Of a DNA stretch of 64,000 nucleotides, positions 60,409 to 64,000 are shown in pieces. The notes under the pieces are model-generated. The model was not told the origin of the DNA and did not search any database. It saw only the letters and a list, made by a program, of their open reading frames with translations. A program made the position numbers and the translations under genes. Origin of the DNA: an uncultured Spirochaetota bacterium (GTDB taxonomy: Bacteria; Spirochaetota; Spirochaetia; SZUA-6; Fen-1364); NCBI GenBank assembly GCA_963820525.1, contig CAWGAA010000002.1, positions 128,001 through 192,000 of the forward strand. Direction: 5' to 3'. Position 1 is the first letter of the stretch; the number at the start of each line of letters is the position of its first letter.

Positions 60409-62004
60409 ATGTCCAAGCTCGTCACGCTTGCCCTCGTAGCCGGTCTTTCGCTTTTTCTCCTCGGCTGCCCTTCCACGCCAAAACCGCCGGAGCAGACGGC
60501 GGCGACCCCCGTGTTCAACCCCGTGGGCGGAACGTTCACCCAGGAGGTGTCGGTGGAGGTCACGACCCAGACCGAGGGGGCCGAGATCCGCTATACCCTT
60601 GACGGGAGCGACCCTTCGTCCACGAATGGCACGCTGTACTCGGGACCCGTGAAGATCAGCGAGACGACCACTCTCGCCGCCATCGCGGTCAAGACGGGCT
60701 TCAAGGACTCGGAGATCGCCAAGGCCACCTACACGATCTCCCCACCTGCGGCCGTCACTCCTCCGCCCGCGGAAGTCTCCCCGATTACGGACGCAGAGAT
60801 CTCCGCCGTGCGCGATGCAATCGCCCGCGCCAAGGAGGCGGATGCCGACTACTACGACCCCGACACGATCGAGCAGGCGAGGCAGTTGTTGAACGACGGC
60901 CTGGCCGCGCGCACCTCGGATCCCGCCAAGGCCAGGGAAGACCTGACGGCGGCAAAGGAAAGGGCGGACCTCGCTTTCCAGAACTCCGTGGAGAAGGCCG
61001 TCGTGGACCTGAGCAACCGCATGGAAGCGTTGAAGGAGATGCTCGTCGAGCAGCAGGCCGACAAGTTCCTCCCGGATGAATACAACAAGGCCGTTGCCGG
61101 CATAGACGAGGCAAAGGCCCTGTACGACAGCGGAGACCTGGCCGGGGCCAGGGCCCGCGCCTATGCGGCCCTCAAGGATATGGCGGACCTCTCTTCCCAT
61201 CTGCAAAACAGGCTCGCCTGGATCAAGATACTGAAGAGGGATACGGAGGATTATCTCCAGCAGGCGGAGGCGGCGGACGCGAACCAGTGGGCGCCCGACC
61301 AGAAGAACAAGGCCAACTCCCTCTACCTGCAGGGCATGGAGGCCTTCCAGGCCTACAGGCTCGATGACGCCGAGGAGAGCTACGGCGCCGCGCGGGAAGC
61401 TGCCAAGGACGCCGTAAACATGGCGCGGGAGAATAAAAGCGCAGCCACGGCAGAGCTGAAGAAGAAAACGGAGGCGCTGAGGCTCCAGACGATGAAGGCC
61501 CTCGAGGACGCCTCCTCCCTTACCGTCGTCACCGAGGACGGGACTGTCATCAAGCCGCAGAAATGGTCCGGCGAAGATCTGCTGAAGCAGCAGCAGGAAC
61601 AGCAGCAGCAGGACCAATCCCCAGGGGACCAGTCGATGGCGGTTCCCGGCGGCGCCGACACCGTTGTCCTGGCCGACGAATCCCAGGAGAACCTCCTCAC
61701 TCAGGCCAAGGAGCTGTGGAAGCTGGGCCTGGAGGAGGAAGCGAAGGGCAACTACGCCAAGGCGCAGGAGTACTACCAGGAAGCGCAGCGCTACGTCGAT
61801 GTCTACAAGAGCTTCGCCGTCAAGGGAGTCTACACGGTGCGCCTGATCCCCGAGAGGCGCGATTGTCTCTGGAGGATCTCCGAGTACGATTTCATCTATG
61901 GCAACCCCCGGCTGTGGCCGAAGATCTGGCGGCGCAACAGGAAGCTCATCCAGAACCCCGACCTGATCTATCCGGGGTGGCTGCTCGTCATCCCGCCCCA
62001 GTAA
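60409..62004 (+). CDS. Lipoprotein with Fn3-associated (CHB_HEX_C-like) domain, helical repeats and C-terminal LysM-like domain
   Basis: Lipobox LLGC; IRYTLDGSDP; YTV...DCLWRIS...YGNPRLWPKIW..N...NPDLIYPG. Confidence 0.88.
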   Translation: MSKLVTLALVAGLSLFLLGCPSTPKPPEQTAATPVFNPVGGTFTQEVSVEVTTQTEGAEIRYTLDGSDPSSTNGTLYSGPVKISETTTLAAIAVKTGFKDSEIAKATYTISPPAAVTPPPAEVSPITDAEISAVRDAIARAKEADADYYDPDTIEQARQLLNDGLAARTSDPAKAREDLTAAKERADLAFQNSVEKAVVDLSNRMEALKEMLVEQQADKFLPDEYNKAVAGIDEAKALYDSGDLAGARARAYAALKDMADLSSHLQNRLAWIKILKRDTEDYLQQAEAADANQWAPDQKNKANSLYLQGMEAFQAYRLDDAEESYGAAREAAKDAVNMARENKSAATAELKKKTEALRLQTMKALEDASSLTVVTEDGTVIKPQKWSGEDLLKQQQEQQQQDQSPGDQSMAVPGGADTVVLADESQENLLTQAKELWKLGLEEEAKGNYAKAQEYYQEAQRYVDVYKSFAVKGVYTVRLIPERRDCLWRISEYDFIYGNPRLWPKIWRRNRKLIQNPDLIYPGWLLVIPPQ

Positions 62005-63361
62005 CGGGGCCGGAGGAGTAGCGGGAAATTCTCTCCACGAGCTCCCGTTTGAGCTTTTCCAGCTCCTTGTCCGAAGCGGCCTCGACGACGAGGCGGAGCA
62101 GCGGCTCCGTGTTTGATTTTCTCACGTTGAACCACCAGGTGGGGAAATCGATCCTGACTCCGTCGATGTCGGTGAGGGTCCCCGTCGAATAATCCCCGCT
62201 GATCCGCTGCACGATCTCGGCCGCATTGGGGACGGTGAAGTTCATCTCCCCGGAGAAAAAGTACTTCTTGACCGACCGCATGAGCCGGGACATCGGCACC
62301 CGCCGGTGACAGAGCACCGCGAGCACGATCAGCGCCGCGATCATGCCCGAGTCGCAGAAGAAGTTCTCCCGGAAGTAGTAGTGCCCGGCGAGCTCCCCGC
62401 CGAAGATCCCCCCCGTATCCCGCAGGAGCTTTTTCGCGTGGGAGTGTCCCACCTTGCAGATGCGCGGCTCGGCCCCGAGGGCGGCGAGATGCTCCACGAC
62501 GGAGCGCGAGGAACGCACGTCGTAGCTCACCACCGGGGAGGCGCCGGCGAGCCTCCCACGGTGGAGCCGGAAGTAGTAGTCCCCGATGAGACAGATGATG
62601 AGGTCGGGCGAGATGAAGGCCCCCCGTTCGTCGACAAACATCACCCTGTCCGCGTCCCCGTCGAAGCAGATCCCCAGCGACGCCTTCTCCGAGACGACCC
62701 TCGCCTTCAGGGCGGCGAGGTTCGCCTCGACCAGCGGGTTGGGCGAGTGGTTGGGGAAGCGGCCGTCGGGCTCATCGAAGATCGTGACGAAGTGCGCCGG
62801 GAGGCGGGAGAGAACGTCGTGCAGGTACACGCCCGCCGTGCCGTTGGAGCAGTCGATGACGGCGGACACATCGGAGATCCCGCCGGAAAAGCGGGCGAGG
62901 TGAGCGATGTAGCCGGCCCGGATGTCGAGGTTCGTGAGGCCGCCCCGCAGGACGGTGCGGCTTTCGATGGAGCCTGAAGCGACGAGCTTCTCCAGCTTCT
63001 CGAGGCCCGTGTCGTAGCCCACGGGGATGGCCTGCCGCGCCGAAACCTTCAGGCCGTTGTACTGGGGCGGGTTATGGGAGGCCGTGATCATGACCCCGCC
63101 GTCGAACCCATAGGAGGCGGTGGCGAAATAGACCGCCGGGGTGTCGCACAAGCCGATGTCGATGACCCCCGCCCCCGCGTCGCGCAGCCCCGAGCTGAGG
63201 GCATCGAAGATTTCCGCGGAGGAGAGCCGCGCGTCCCTTCCCACGACGATCTCGCGGGCCTCAAGCAGTCCGGGGAGGGCGCGGCCGATCGCATACACCG
63301 TCTGCCGGTCCCATTCGCTGCCGTACACGCCTCGAATGTCGTATGATTTGAAGATGCTCAT
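61988..63361 (-). CDS. Phosphomannomutase/phosphoglucomutase
   Basis: FKSYDIRG, TASHNP, FDGDADR, GELAGH, RKSNTEP. Confidence 0.95.
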   Translation of the reverse strand: MSIFKSYDIRGVYGSEWDRQTVYAIGRALPGLLEAREIVVGRDARLSSAEIFDALSSGLRDAGAGVIDIGLCDTPAVYFATASYGFDGGVMITASHNPPQYNGLKVSARQAIPVGYDTGLEKLEKLVASGSIESRTVLRGGLTNLDIRAGYIAHLARFSGGISDVSAVIDCSNGTAGVYLHDVLSRLPAHFVTIFDEPDGRFPNHSPNPLVEANLAALKARVVSEKASLGICFDGDADRVMFVDERGAFISPDLIICLIGDYYFRLHRGRLAGASPVVSYDVRSSRSVVEHLAALGAEPRICKVGHSHAKKLLRDTGGIFGGELAGHYYFRENFFCDSGMIAALIVLAVLCHRRVPMSRLMRSVKKYFFSGEMNFTVPNAAEIVQRISGDYSTGTLTDIDGVRIDFPTWWFNVRKSNTEPLLRLVVEAASDKELEKLKRELVERISRYSSGPVTGAG

Positions 63362-63406
63362 CTCGCTGCCTTCCCGGAGCCCGCCGCCGGGGCCGCGCCC
63401 GGCGCT

Positions 63407-64000
63407 CTACTTTCCTTCGTACCAGATCTTGCCGGCATCCCGGAAGGCCTTCTTGCCCGCGAGCCCCCTGTACGCGATCAGGGAGAACGCCGCGTACAAG
63501 GCGAAGCCCAGGAGGGTGAGCCACAGGTAGATGGGATTTCCCGTCGTTTGCCAATAGATGGGGAGGTTGATAAGCAGCACCATCGGGATGGCCAGGGCGA
63601 AGGTGATGCCCGAAGCGAACATGTAATCGCTCGCCACGGGCGAGGCGAACTCCGGATCGACCACGCGAAGGAGGGCGAGCCCCGTGGAGAGCGTTCCCGT
63701 CATGTTGCCGTAGATCATGATGGATCTGCCGAACTTGTGGTCCTCGAACAGGCGGGAGCAGGTCCAGATGCATGTGATGGTCGTGATGATTCCCCCGACG
63801 ATCCCGATGACGACGATGGGCATCCAGTAGCGGGAAACCGTTACGATGGTGATGGTTGCCACCGAGGCGGTGACCATCACGTCGACAGACGCTCCCGCGA
63901 TCCGGTTGAGGCTGCCCTCGTCGAGGGTGTAGTCGATGCGGGCCGCCTTCATCAGCCTCTTCACGAAGAGGGCGATCACCGCGGCGAAGATGAAAGAGAT
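63407..64000 (-). CDS. Sodium/glutamate symporter (GltS-like), C-terminal part (5' end outside window)
   Basis: Multi-TM; YGNMTGTLSTGLALLRVVDPEF. Confidence 0.75.
   Translation of the reverse strand: MSFIFAAVIALFVKRLMKAARIDYTLDEGSLNRIAGASVDVMVTASVATITIVTVSRYWMPIVVIGIVGGIITTITCIWTCSRLFEDHKFGRSIMIYGNMTGTLSTGLALLRVVDPEFASPVASDYMFASGITFALAIPMVLLINLPIYWQTTGNPIYLWLTLLGFALYAAFSLIAYRGLAGKKAFRDAGKIWYEGK

Noticed and set aside
61588..61617. CAG-rich tract (QQQEQQQQDQ) as a contingency locus
   Set aside because: Short, interrupted and in frame; probably a linker.

Overview
GC-rich bacterial chromosomal window, most consistent with a free-living Spirochaetota (Spirochaetia-like) genome. This is my inference from gene content and spirochete-type lipoproteins. 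I saw no rRNA, tRNA, CRISPR array, prophage or intact transposase. Contents in order: gatB end, folE2, ferredoxin, rplM-rpsI-recX, two response regulators, acyP, glmS plus a GlmU-like gene; a divergent GT2/acyltransferase pair; a SUF Fe-S operon (sufT-C-B-D-Rieske-S-U) beside a flavodoxin-fold reductase, Mn-type SOD, a Rieske/FAD reductase and an SbnI-like protein; a broken chemoreceptor; GH2; AraC; PPDK with a histone-H1-like tail; a sugar locus (sucrose-6F-phosphate phosphorylase-like enzyme, P-loop kinase, LacI, ABC transporter); cobO, rubrerythrin, murD, GTP-PEPCK; a sigma54 nitrogen module (NifA-like activator, stand-alone copy of its HTH, amtB, two P-II genes); aminotransferase, radical SAM, frameshifted MsmK-like ATPase; a partial che cluster with broken cheD; envelope proteins; phosphomannomutase; a partial GltS-like symporter. 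The most intriguing items are (1) the separately encoded, apparently conserved duplicate of the activator's DNA-binding domain, (2) the stand-alone kinase plus SPP sucrose pathway, (3) the H1-like PPDK tail with its own possible start site, and (4) the SbnI-like kinase. All family assignments come from motif recognition; no database searches were run.
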